From the sequence record SRR9188677_160: 44,835 nt of DNA. One strand, given 5' to 3'. Each line of letters begins with the position of its first letter. Positions within the stretch are counted from its first letter, which is position 1. This document shows positions 18,920 to 28,625 of this stretch, in pieces. Both the position numbers and the translations under genes were made by a program. The notes under the pieces were generated by a model, which was not told the origin of the DNA, made no database searches, and worked only from the letters and a program-made list of their open reading frames with translations.

Positions 18920-20371
18920 TTATGCTGCAACCCTCCCCTGTTCCAGTTGTAAGGAACGCGTAACACAGGAAGGAATTTCTGTTGTATAATGACTCACATA
19001 TACCAATGTTTTCTGCATCTCCACACAGACCGTATTCACCAATGCAATAAACCTTGCCGTGGTTTCGCTATCCAGTCCCTGGCAAGGCTCATCCAGTATC
19101 AGCATGGGAGGATTCTTCACCAGTGCCCTGGCCAGTAATACCAGCCGCTGCTGACCATTGGATAACTGTCTGAAATATTGCTGGCTGATGTTATTCAAAT
19201 CCAATACCGCGATCCACTGCTCAACGATGGAACGCTGTTGCAGCGATAACTGCCTGAATAAACCGATCGTATCAAACAAACCCGAAGCCACTACTTCAAA
19301 AGCAGTAGCGGCCGAATCAAAATAATGATGCAGTTCAGGAGATACATAACCGATTTTCTGTTTAATATCCCAGATACTTTCTCCACTGCCTTTGCGGCGG
19401 TCGAAGAGATAGATCTCATTGGCAAAAGCCTGTGGGTTATCTCCATTCACCAAACTCAACAGGGTTGATTTGCCGGAACCATTATGTCCTGAGATACTCC
19501 AGCACTCTCCTTTTTTCACTTCCCAGTTGATATGACTGAGTATGGCTCGGTTATGATATACCACACTCGTATTTACCATACGGATGGCCACTGAAAAATC
19601 AGGATACCTGTACGCCGGCGGAATAGTTTTGCAGGAATCGATAAACCCATCACTGATCACATTACTTTGTTTGGTTAGCGTGGGTTGAGCAAGATACTCT
19701 GCACGGGGCATCATCTGCTCCAGCTTACCATTGGCCAGTACTGCTACATGTGTAACAGAAGCCGGTATATCCGAATCGGCTGTTACCAGCAAATAGTGAA
19801 TACCACGTGCTGCCAATGTATCCAGCAGCTTATTCAGCATAGCTCTGGCAGCGATATCGAGGCCCGTATACGGACTATCGAGGAGCAGCCATTCTGCATT
19901 TTGCAAAACAGCCTGTGCCAGTTGAAACCGTTTGTGCTCTCCGTTGGATAACTGGATCAAACGGGTATCAGCAATATGAGAGATCTGCAGTAAGGCAAGT
20001 GTTTCCTCGAGTAAAGTTGTATCGGTAGTAATCTCCGATAATACTTCTGTTACCGTTGGTGCATCTTCTGCATCATTCGAATTAAACCGCTGCTGGTAAT
20101 AAAAAGAGTTGAGGTTGGATAAATTTTTGAACTGGTGTTGTTGTGAGATTACCGCCATCTTCGGCCTGCGATTATGCTGAAAAATAATTTCTCCGCGGGA
20201 AAAACACTGTCCGGCCAACGCTTTGATCAAACTGCTTTTACCGGAACCAGACGCACCAATCACCGCCAGCCGCTGGCCTTCTGTCAGACTGAAAGACAGA
20301 TCCTGCAACACAGGCCGACCCGACAGTTGTACTGTAAGGCCTGTTACCTGCAAAAGAGGAGTTACTGTCAT
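18920..20371 (-). CDS. Twin-domain ABC ATPase, ModF-like, without membrane partner
   Basis: Two Walker A motifs (GASGSGKS, GHNGSGKS); signatures LSNGE and LSNGQ; Walker B LLLDSP (degenerate) and LILDEP; ModF-like GSGESIWDIKQKIG. Confidence 0.85.
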   Translation of the reverse strand: MTVTPLLQVTGLTVQLSGRPVLQDLSFSLTEGQRLAVIGASGSGKSSLIKALAGQCFSRGEIIFQHNRRPKMAVISQQHQFKNLSNLNSFYYQQRFNSNDAEDAPTVTEVLSEITTDTTLLEETLALLQISHIADTRLIQLSNGEHKRFQLAQAVLQNAEWLLLDSPYTGLDIAARAMLNKLLDTLAARGIHYLLVTADSDIPASVTHVAVLANGKLEQMMPRAEYLAQPTLTKQSNVISDGFIDSCKTIPPAYRYPDFSVAIRMVNTSVVYHNRAILSHINWEVKKGECWSISGHNGSGKSTLLSLVNGDNPQAFANEIYLFDRRKGSGESIWDIKQKIGYVSPELHHYFDSAATAFEVVASGLFDTIGLFRQLSLQQRSIVEQWIAVLDLNNISQQYFRQLSNGQQRLVLLARALVKNPPMLILDEPCQGLDSETTARFIALVNTVCVEMQKTLVYVSHYTTEIPSCVTRSLQLEQGRVAA

Positions 20372-20376
20372 AAAAA

Positions 20377-20964
20377 TTAAGATGTCAATTGCGCTTCAAA
20401 AGCTTCAATCTGTGCCTTATTGCTGATGAGATAATCAATATCATCATAGCCGTTTAACAGGCATGTTTTTTTATAGGTGTTGATATCAAATACTTCCTGT
20501 GTACCCGTTGCATCGATCGTGATGGTTTGTGCAGCTACATCGATACTGATGGTAGCTTCGTTACCCAATGAAAACAGTTCTGCCAGAAAAGCATCGCTCA
20601 CTTTCACCGGCAAAACGCCATTATTTAATGCGTTATTCTTGAAGATATCTGCAAAAAAACTGGACACCACCGCTTTGAAACCATAATCCTGCAGGGCCCA
20701 AGCCGCATGTTCGCGAGAAGAGCCGCAACCAAAATTCTTACCTGCTACCAGAATTTCGCCACTGTATTGCGGCTGGTTCAGTACAAAATCTGTTTTGGGT
20801 TGGCTCTCATCATTATTGATATAGCGCCAGTCGCGAAACAGATTTTTGCCAAACCCATCGCGGGTAGTCGCTTTTAAAAAACGTGCCGGAATGATCTGGT
20901 CGGTATCCACATTTTCCATGGGAAGCGGAACAAAACAGCTATGTATTTTCTGTAGAGGTTTCAT
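20377..20964 (-). CDS. leuD: 3-isopropylmalate dehydratase small subunit
   Basis: [32 protein letters not shown]. Confidence 0.97.
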   Translation of the reverse strand: MKPLQKIHSCFVPLPMENVDTDQIIPARFLKATTRDGFGKNLFRDWRYINNDESQPKTDFVLNQPQYSGEILVAGKNFGCGSSREHAAWALQDYGFKAVVSSFFADIFKNNALNNGVLPVKVSDAFLAELFSLGNEATISIDVAAQTITIDATGTQEVFDINTYKKTCLLNGYDDIDYLISNKAQIEAFEAQLTS

Positions 20965-20971
20965 GATATAT

Positions 20972-21001
20972 GCTTAACGCTAAACGCTGAATGCACAACG
21001 C
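20972..21001. repeat. 7-mer tandem repeat
   Basis: GCTTAAC GCTAAAC GCTGAAT GCACAAC between leuC and leuD. Confidence 0.6.
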
Positions 21002-21012
21002 TTTTCTTATTT

Positions 21013-22413
21013 TTAAATTAATTCTCTTACATCTGTTACTACGCCTGTAATGGCAGCAGCGGCAGCGGTTAAGGGGCTTGCCAAAAGTGTTCGGGCACCT
21101 GCTCCCTGTCTGCCTTCAAAATTCCGGTTGCTGGTGCTGATGCAGTATTCGCCCGCGGGAATCTTGTCTTCATTCATTCCCAAACAGGCACTGCAGCCTG
21201 CCTGGCGAATTTCAAATCCGGCTTCTTTAAAAATCTGATCCAGGCCTTCTGCCTGCACCTGCCTCGCTACCTGCTGCGAGCCCGGCACAATCATTACCTG
21301 CACCTGTTCATTTTTCTTTCTTCCCTTCACCAATGCCGCTACCAAACGCAGGTCTTCGATGCGCGAATTGGTACAGCTACCAATGAATACATGCTGAACC
21401 GGCATACCCAGTAACGGTTTACCGGATTCCAGTCCCATGTATTTCAAAGCTTTGATGATATTATTTCTTTCTCCCTCATCCGGAATCGTATCTGTAACAG
21501 GAATGGTTCCGTTAATGGCAATACCCAGACCCGGGTTGGTGCCATACGTGATCATAGGTTGAATATGGGATGCATTGATATTAATTTCTTCATCAAACAC
21601 GGCATCAGCATCGCTATACAATTCTTTCCACTGCGCTATTTTTTTATCCCATTGCGCCACACCTGGTGCAAACTGGCGGCCCTTGATATAGTTGAAAGTA
21701 GTTTCATCAGGCGCAATCATGCCACCGCGGGCACCCATTTCAATACTCATGTTACAGATGGTCATCCTTGCTTCCATGGATAAGGCACGGATAGCAGAAC
21801 CGGCATATTCTACAAAATAACCGGTAGCTCCACTGGCTGTGATCTGCGCAATGATGTAAAGGATAATATCTTTTGATAATACCCCCGGATGCAATTCTCC
21901 CTCAATATTGATGCGCATCAGTTTGGGTTTTGTCTGCAGCAGACACTGCGAGGCAAATACCATTTCCACTTCGCTGGTACCAATACCAAACGCAATGGCA
22001 CCAAAAGCACCATGGGTTGAGGTATGACTATCACCACACACAATGGTCATGCCCGGCTGGGTAATACCCAACTCAGGCCCTATCACATGCACAATACCCT
22101 GGAAAGGATGTCCGAGGCCATACAGCTCAACATGATGTTTCTTACAATTCTCGATGAGTTGCTGCACCTGTAAACGCGAGAGTTCATCTTTAATGGGTAA
22201 ATGCTGGTTCTGCGTAGGTACATTGTGATCGGCAGTGGCTACTACCTGTTGCGGACGGAATACGGTGAGGCCTCTTTTTTCAATTCCGTTAAATGCCTGT
22301 GGACTGGTTACTTCGTGTATAAAGTGTTTATCGATATACAATACAGAAGGGCCGTCTTCTATTTTCTGTACTACGTGTTTGTCCCAGATTTTATCAAATA
22401 ATGTCTTTGCCAT
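21013..22413 (-). CDS. leuC: 3-isopropylmalate dehydratase large subunit
   Basis: [48 protein letters not shown]. Confidence 0.98.
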   Translation of the reverse strand: MAKTLFDKIWDKHVVQKIEDGPSVLYIDKHFIHEVTSPQAFNGIEKRGLTVFRPQQVVATADHNVPTQNQHLPIKDELSRLQVQQLIENCKKHHVELYGLGHPFQGIVHVIGPELGITQPGMTIVCGDSHTSTHGAFGAIAFGIGTSEVEMVFASQCLLQTKPKLMRINIEGELHPGVLSKDIILYIIAQITASGATGYFVEYAGSAIRALSMEARMTICNMSIEMGARGGMIAPDETTFNYIKGRQFAPGVAQWDKKIAQWKELYSDADAVFDEEININASHIQPMITYGTNPGLGIAINGTIPVTDTIPDEGERNNIIKALKYMGLESGKPLLGMPVQHVFIGSCTNSRIEDLRLVAALVKGRKKNEQVQVMIVPGSQQVARQVQAEGLDQIFKEAGFEIRQAGCSACLGMNEDKIPAGEYCISTSNRNFEGRQGAGARTLLASPLTAAAAAITGVVTDVRELI

Positions 22414-22428
22414 ACAAATTTAAAATTA

Positions 22429-22452
22429 AGCGTGGTGTAGAAACACCACGCT
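22429..22452 (-). other. Intercistronic hairpin (weak terminator or mRNA stability element) between leuA and leuC
   Basis: Perfect 10-bp stem AGCGTGGTGT-AGAA-ACACCACGCT; followed by TAATTTT on the minus strand. Confidence 0.55.
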
Positions 22453-22483
22453 CTCAAACTAAAACTATACTGATGAGAAAATC

Positions 22484-23650
22484 CTAAGCGATGGCCGGCT
22501 CTGCTTTGTACGCTTTTGCCAGCTGGTGCAGGTCCTCTTCCTCAACTTCCTTTTTCCTGTCTGCTACCTGCAGGAATGATTCATAGAGAACATCTATATC
22601 GTTACGTGTAAACTCATAACCGATTTTCTGAAAGCGGTGTGCCAGTGCACTGCGTCCGCTCCGGGCAGTTAATACAATTTTACTGCCTTCTGCTCCCACT
22701 TCTTCGGGATTAATGATCTCGTAAGTAAGTGAATCCTTCAAAAAGCCATCCTGGTGAATGCCGGATGAATGCGAAAATGCATTGGCACCCACAATGGCTT
22801 TGTTTACCTGCACAGGTACCCGCATGGTTTCAGCCACTTCACGACTGAGCGGGTTCAGCATTCTGGTATTAATATTGGTATATAAACCCAGGTGTTTGTG
22901 TTGTTTCAGTACCATCACCACTTCTTCCAGTGAAGTATTACCGGCTCTTTCGCCCAAGCCATTGATGGTACACTCAATCTGCCTGGCACCAGCTACCACA
23001 CCTGCGATGGAATTGGCGGTGGCCAGTCCGAGATCGTTATGGCAATGGCAGGACAGAATCGCTTTGTCTACATTGGGCACATGGTTCATCAGGTAAGCGA
23101 TTTTTTCGCCGTATTGCTGGGGCAGACAATAACCGGTTGTATCCGGGATATTGACTACGGTAGCACCGGCTTTGATCACAGCTTCTACCACACGGGCCAG
23201 GTATTCATTATCGGTACGGCCGGCATCTTCGGCGTAAAACTCTACATCGTCTACAAAATTCTTCGCCCATTTTACCGACTGAACGGCACGTTCCAGGATT
23301 TCCTCACGGGTAGCATTGAATTTGGCTTTGATATGGTAATCAGAAGTACCGATACCAGTATGGATGCGCGGGCGTTTTGCATATTTCAGCGCCTCGGCGG
23401 CCACTTCAATATCTTTCTGCACCGCACGGCTGAGTCCGCAGATGGTAGCGTTTTTCACTACTTTGGAGATCTCCGTTACCGATTCAAAATCGCCCGGGCT
23501 TGAAATGGGGAAACCGGCTTCAATAATATCCACCCCCAATGCTTCCAGGTGCAGGGCCAGTGTTAGTTTCTCTTTGGTATTGAGTTTACAACCGGGTACC
23601 TGCTCGCCATCGCGGAGGGTAGTATCGAATATGAAGACCTGTTGATCCAT
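22484..23650 (-). CDS. leuA: 2-isopropylmalate synthase, short form lacking the C-terminal regulatory domain
   Basis: [39 protein letters not shown]; only 388 aa. Confidence 0.95.
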   Translation of the reverse strand: MDQQVFIFDTTLRDGEQVPGCKLNTKEKLTLALHLEALGVDIIEAGFPISSPGDFESVTEISKVVKNATICGLSRAVQKDIEVAAEALKYAKRPRIHTGIGTSDYHIKAKFNATREEILERAVQSVKWAKNFVDDVEFYAEDAGRTDNEYLARVVEAVIKAGATVVNIPDTTGYCLPQQYGEKIAYLMNHVPNVDKAILSCHCHNDLGLATANSIAGVVAGARQIECTINGLGERAGNTSLEEVVMVLKQHKHLGLYTNINTRMLNPLSREVAETMRVPVQVNKAIVGANAFSHSSGIHQDGFLKDSLTYEIINPEEVGAEGSKIVLTARSGRSALAHRFQKIGYEFTRNDIDVLYESFLQVADRKKEVEEEDLHQLAKAYKAEPAIA

Positions 23651-23677
23651 TAATATTTTTTAAGCTAATTTTCAGAT

Positions 23678-23744
23678 GAAAAGGCAGGCTATTACTTTTG
23701 TTATCGATTGCCGTTAATAACAAAGCTCATAGCCTGCCATTTTC
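23678..23744. promoter_or_regulatory. Long inverted repeat in the divergent leuA / hypothetical-gene control region, containing a plus-strand TAnnTTTG box
   Basis: GGCAGGCTAT (23683-92) / ATAGCCTGCC (23729-38); TTTGTTAT (23697-704) / ATAACAAA (23717-24); TACTTTTG at 23693-23700. Confidence 0.6.
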
Positions 23745-23864
23745 GAATATACTTTGTGTAATACAGGAAATAAGACCAAAATTGACGGTATTTTACACTC
23801 TATAAACCCGGTAAAAACCCATGAAACCCTTACCGGTACTGGATTTTAGTTTAAAAAAAATACG

Positions 23865-25421
23865 ATGCCTAACCGTTCCACCGATGCTTTATTTCAACTG
23901 ATCCAATCACTGGAAAGATCAGAGAAGCGGAACTTTAAGCTGTATATGACCCGGAATTCGGGTTCCGGCGACCTGAAAGTGATCCAGTTATTTGATGCGC
24001 TGGATAAAATGAAGAACTACGATGAAGAACAGTTGTTAGTTAAAAACCCCTCGATCCAGAAACAGCAGTTATCGAACCTGAAAGCCCATCTATACCACGA
24101 GATTCTGGTTAGTCTGCGCCTTTTAAACCAGGAAGAGAATATCGATCTGGTACTGCACGAACAGCTCGATTTTGCGCGGCTTTTATATAACAAGGGATTA
24201 TACCTGCAAAGTCTGAAGATCCTGGACCGGATCAAGGAGCTTGCCCGCAGCAATCACCAGGTAACTTACCAGCTGCAGGCATTGTTTTTGGAGAAAAAGA
24301 TCGAATCCCTGCATATTACCCGCAGTATGCAGGACCGGGCAGAAAAACTGAGTAACGAAGTAAATGAAGTGAACCAGCGTCTGGAACTGATCAGTGTATT
24401 ATCGAACCTCTCGCTGCAACTCTATAGCTGGTACATCAAAAACGGCCATGCCAGAAACGAAGAAGATACGGCCGCAGTAGATGCATTTCTGAGCCATCCG
24501 GCCATCCAGCAAGCCAAAGATGTAAAAGAATTTTACGAGCGGCTATACCTGTACCAATGTTATTGCTGGCATGCATTCATTACCCAGAACTTTCTGGGAT
24601 ATTACCGTTATTGCCAGAAATGGGTAGACCTGTTTGAGGCTAAACCGCGGATGATTGAAATTGAAACAGCGCATTATATCAAAGGCTTGCATAACCTGAT
24701 GGGCGCCCATTTTGACCTGCGCAATTTCCAGAAATTCAACGATACCCTTCAGCAGTTTGAGCAGTTCATGCAAACACCGGTGATACAGCAGAACCGCAAT
24801 AACCTGATACAGACCTTTATCTATCTGAATATATCCAAACTGAATAAACACTTTATGGAAGGCACTTTCAGTGAAGGGCTGGAACTGGTGCCGTATATTG
24901 AAGCGAAACTGGATGAGTTTGAGTTATATCTCGACCGTCACCGGGTACTGGTATTCTATTATAAAATAGCTTCTCTGTATTTCGGAAGCAGCGATTCGGA
25001 TAAAAGTATCGACTACCTCAACAAAATCATCAACTGGAAAGTAGACCTGCGAACAGACCTGCAATGTTATGCGAGGTTGCTGCACCTGATAGCACACTAT
25101 GAACTCGGTAATTTTGAATTGCTGGAATACCTGCTCAAATCGGTATACCGCTTCATGTACAAAATGCAGAACCTGAGTACCGTGGAAGAAGAGATTTTTG
25201 GATTCCTACGCAAATCCTTCCGCTTATCTCCCAAACAACTGAAACCGCAGTTCGAAACCTTACTGGCTACCTTAAAACCCCTCGAAAAAAGCCGTCTCGA
25301 AAGCCGTGCCTTTATGTATCTCGATATTATTTCCTGGCTGGAGAGTAAGATCAATGATGTGCCGGTACAAACCATCATCCGGCAGAAATACCTGGATGCG
25401 CTGAAGAAGGCAGAAGCATAA
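23865..25421 (+). CDS. Hypothetical all-helical protein (TPR-like repeats), candidate regulator divergent from leuA
   Basis: 518-aa ORF with no signal or TM segment; N-terminal LFQLIQSLERSEKRNFK segment; helical-repeat pattern. Function not recognisable. Confidence 0.8.
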   Translation: MPNRSTDALFQLIQSLERSEKRNFKLYMTRNSGSGDLKVIQLFDALDKMKNYDEEQLLVKNPSIQKQQLSNLKAHLYHEILVSLRLLNQEENIDLVLHEQLDFARLLYNKGLYLQSLKILDRIKELARSNHQVTYQLQALFLEKKIESLHITRSMQDRAEKLSNEVNEVNQRLELISVLSNLSLQLYSWYIKNGHARNEEDTAAVDAFLSHPAIQQAKDVKEFYERLYLYQCYCWHAFITQNFLGYYRYCQKWVDLFEAKPRMIEIETAHYIKGLHNLMGAHFDLRNFQKFNDTLQQFEQFMQTPVIQQNRNNLIQTFIYLNISKLNKHFMEGTFSEGLELVPYIEAKLDEFELYLDRHRVLVFYYKIASLYFGSSDSDKSIDYLNKIINWKVDLRTDLQCYARLLHLIAHYELGNFELLEYLLKSVYRFMYKMQNLSTVEEEIFGFLRKSFRLSPKQLKPQFETLLATLKPLEKSRLESRAFMYLDIISWLESKINDVPVQTIIRQKYLDALKKAEA

Positions 25422-25526
25422 AGCTTTGCCGTCATGTATTTGCTGAAAAATTTGCCCGCAAAGTTGCAAAGGCGCAGTGGTGATACAAATGGATTTCGGT
25501 ACATTCATTCACACAATCAAACTGAT

Positions 25527-27104
25527 ATGAGAAAAATTTGCTGCACCCTGTTGCTGGTAATGGCTGTTATGGCATCCACCGCACAGATCACCAAAGCACC
25601 CGAGCGGAAAGAAGGCATGGGGCCCTATACCCAGCTCATCATCCGCGGTGTTACCCTGATCAACGGCACCGGTGCGCCACCCATGGGGCCGGTAGATATT
25701 GTGATTGAGCAGAACCGCATTGTACAGATCAGAACACTGGGCAACCCCGATAGTAAGATAGACCCTGCCCGCCGTCCGCAACTGAAAGCCGGTGGTAAAG
25801 AAATCCATTGTGAAGGGATGTATGCCATGCCCGGACTGATAGATATGCACGGTCATATTGGTGGCACCGAACAGGGCACACCTGCAGAATATGTATTCAA
25901 GTTGTGGATGGCGCATGGCATCACTACGATCCGCGACCCTTCTACAGGTAATGGATTGGACTGGGTGCTGGACCAGAAAAAGAAAAGTGCCGCCAACCTC
26001 ATTACCGCACCCCGCATACAGGCCTATACCGCTTTTGGGATGGGAAGTAAAACACCCGTTGTAACGGCAGAACAGGCGAGAGAATGGGTACAGCAGAATG
26101 CCAAAAACGGAGCCGATGGGATCAAATTTTTTGGCGCATCGCCCGAAGTAATGGATGCAGCTATCCGCGAGAATAAAAAACTGGGATTGCGCTCTACCTG
26201 TCACCACGCGCAAACCGATGTGGCCCGCTGGAACGTGGTTAACTCTGCCCGCGCCGGCATGACCAGCATGGAGCACTGGTATGGTTTACCCGAAGCCCTC
26301 TTTACCAACAAAACCATCCAGAACTATCCGCTGGAATACAATTACAGCAATGAACAAAACCGTTTTGAAGAAGCCGGTAAATTATGGAAACAGGCGGCGG
26401 AGCCTTATAGTGAGCATTGGAACAAAGTGATGAATGAATTGCTTTCGCTTGATTTTACCCTCGACCCCACATTTAATATCTACGAGGCCAACCGCGATCT
26501 GATGCGGGCACGCCGGGCCGAATGGCATGAGAACTACACCCTGCCCTCGCTCTGGAAATTCTATGAACCCAGCCAGCAATCGCATGGTTCTTACTGGCAT
26601 AGCTGGGGCACGGAACAGGAAGTGGAGTGGAAAAACAATTATCGTTTATGGATGACTTTCATCAACGAATACAAAAACCGCGGTGGAAGGGTAACCACGG
26701 GTTCTGATAATGGATTTATTTACCAGACCTACGGTTTTGGCTATATCCGTGAGCTGGAACTGCTGCGCGAAGCTGGTTTTCATCCGCTGGAAGTAATCCG
26801 CTCGGCCACTTTATACGGGGCACAGGCATTGGGTATGGATAAAGAAATCGGTTCGGTAGAAGTAGGCAAGTTGGCAGATCTCGTGATCATTAATGCCAAT
26901 CCGTTAAAGAACCTCCAGGTATTATACGGTACCGGTGCCATAGAACTTACCAAAGAGAATAAAGTAGTACGTACAGGTGGTGTATTATATACTATCAAAG
27001 ACGGTATTGTATATGATGCCAAAAAGCTACTCGCTGATGTAAAGCAGCTGGTTGACGAAGAGAAGAAAAAAACAGGCTGGCAACTAAAGCAACCGGGTCT
27101 ATAA
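25527..27104 (+). CDS. Secreted amidohydrolase family protein
   Basis: Signal peptide MRKICCTLLLVMAVMASTA; PGLIDMHGH, GITTIRD, GSD, GSVEVGKLADLVI. Confidence 0.88.
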   Translation: MRKICCTLLLVMAVMASTAQITKAPERKEGMGPYTQLIIRGVTLINGTGAPPMGPVDIVIEQNRIVQIRTLGNPDSKIDPARRPQLKAGGKEIHCEGMYAMPGLIDMHGHIGGTEQGTPAEYVFKLWMAHGITTIRDPSTGNGLDWVLDQKKKSAANLITAPRIQAYTAFGMGSKTPVVTAEQAREWVQQNAKNGADGIKFFGASPEVMDAAIRENKKLGLRSTCHHAQTDVARWNVVNSARAGMTSMEHWYGLPEALFTNKTIQNYPLEYNYSNEQNRFEEAGKLWKQAAEPYSEHWNKVMNELLSLDFTLDPTFNIYEANRDLMRARRAEWHENYTLPSLWKFYEPSQQSHGSYWHSWGTEQEVEWKNNYRLWMTFINEYKNRGGRVTTGSDNGFIYQTYGFGYIRELELLREAGFHPLEVIRSATLYGAQALGMDKEIGSVEVGKLADLVIINANPLKNLQVLYGTGAIELTKENKVVRTGGVLYTIKDGIVYDAKKLLADVKQLVDEEKKKTGWQLKQPGL

Positions 27105-27105
27105 C

Positions 27106-28560
27106 TTATGCAAACAGTTCCTTGCTTAAAGGGAAAGTAATATACAGGCCGCATCCTTTTCCGGGTGCGGTTTGTATATCCACTGCACCGTTGTACACTT
27201 CTGCACGGCTGATGATATTATACAGACCAATCCCTTTCCTTTGCTGGTCACTATCGAAGCCCACGCCATTGTCTGCTATTTTCAGATAAATCATCTGATC
27301 ATTGCGCACCAGCTCAAGATTCACCTGTGTGGCCTGGGCGTGTTTGATGATATTGTTCATCTGCTCCTGCACCATACGGAAGATGCTTAACTTGAAATCG
27401 TATTTGATATCATCTTCGAAAAAGGTATCTGCTGTAAGATCGATCTGCAAAGTGTTTACGGCCGCAATATCATCCAGTAGTCCTTCTATAGCCTTACTTA
27501 ATCCAAAGTGTTTGATCAGCGGGGTTACCAGTGTCTGGGAAAGTTTGCGAATCTCCTCAATGGCATGCAGGATAAAACCGGAAGATTGTTTCAGCAGTCC
27601 CGACTCGTCTTTAAACTTCTGCTCTGCCGATGCGATATACATCATAGCTACGGTCAGCTGCTGGTTTACATTATCATGCAGTTCGGTACTGATCTCATAC
27701 CGTTCTTTTTCCTGCACCCGTATCATGGCTTCATTGATCTCTTTCTGCTTCAGTATTTTCTGCTCAGCCAGTTTTTCTTCCAGCCTTACTTTTTCGGTAA
27801 TATTATTGTGAATAGCCAGCACAGCCGGACGGCCTTTGTATTCTATGCGGTGCGAGGAAATATCCAGAATTAAGGTTTCTCCATTTTTTTTCACATGCTC
27901 CCAGATCCCTGATCTTTTCAAACTGGCTGTTTGCTGAAATTCTTTGGCAAAAGCGCGGATTTTATCATGATGCTCGGCATTTCGCAGATCCAGCACACTC
28001 ATCTTCAACAACTCCTCTCTGGTATAGCCATATTCTTCCTGGGCAATATCATTCAATTCCAGAATAGCCAGAGTTTCAATATCCCATATAAAGATGGGAA
28101 GCGGATTGTTGAAGAAAAGATTCCGGTAGCTTTCATTGCTTTCTACCAGACTCAGACGGATTCTGTTACGCTCTATACTGTACTGAATGGATTTGGCCAG
28201 CAAACGTTCGTCATATTCACCCTTTACCAGATAATCCTGTGCACCCTGGGCCATGGTTTCCAGCGCCAGTTCTGTATCGGCCAGACCTGTCAGCACAATG
28301 ATAGGTACATTATCTGCATATTCATTTACCTGCTGGTAAGAGTTGAACCCGGAACTGTCCGGCAGGGAAAGATCCAGTAATACGATGCTTACTTTCTGGT
28401 TCTGCAACGATTCGATAGCTTCTGCTGCACTGGTTGCTTTGAAAATATCTTTGAAAGGCAGTTTCGTCAGCCGCAGGGTTTCTTCGAGCAAAAAAAGATC
28501 ACCCGGATTATCTTCTACAATCAGGACGGAGAGCGAGGGTTGTGTTTCTGTTATTGCCAT
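27106..28560 (-). CDS. Hybrid receiver-PAS-histidine kinase (HisKA_3/NarX type)
   Basis: VLIVEDN, LLDLSLPD, GAQDYLVK receiver; PAS domain; ELHDNVNQ H-box; EQMNNIIKHA, DNGVGF, GIGL. Start 28560, 28587 or 28614. Confidence 0.9.
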   Translation of the reverse strand: MAITETQPSLSVLIVEDNPGDLFLLEETLRLTKLPFKDIFKATSAAEAIESLQNQKVSIVLLDLSLPDSSGFNSYQQVNEYADNVPIIVLTGLADTELALETMAQGAQDYLVKGEYDERLLAKSIQYSIERNRIRLSLVESNESYRNLFFNNPLPIFIWDIETLAILELNDIAQEEYGYTREELLKMSVLDLRNAEHHDKIRAFAKEFQQTASLKRSGIWEHVKKNGETLILDISSHRIEYKGRPAVLAIHNNITEKVRLEEKLAEQKILKQKEINEAMIRVQEKERYEISTELHDNVNQQLTVAMMYIASAEQKFKDESGLLKQSSGFILHAIEEIRKLSQTLVTPLIKHFGLSKAIEGLLDDIAAVNTLQIDLTADTFFEDDIKYDFKLSIFRMVQEQMNNIIKHAQATQVNLELVRNDQMIYLKIADNGVGFDSDQQRKGIGLYNIISRAEVYNGAVDIQTAPGKGCGLYITFPLSKELFA

Positions 28561-28625
28561 GATGGTGTCTTCTGCGTAAGTAGCCATCCGGTATTCCGTT
28601 ATGGCGCTGTACAATTAAAAAGTTT

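Noticed and set aside
18920-20371. Molybdate transporter
   Set aside because: No modA/modB or any permease nearby; the ModF label reflects sequence family only.
23651-23864. Leu-rich leader peptide for leuA
   Set aside because: Minus-strand mini-ORFs (MAGYELCY, MSFVINGNR) have no Leu run.
25509-26276. 255-aa minus-strand ORF
   Set aside because: Antisense shadow of the amidohydrolase; the other short ORFs opposite or within real genes are rejected for the same reason.
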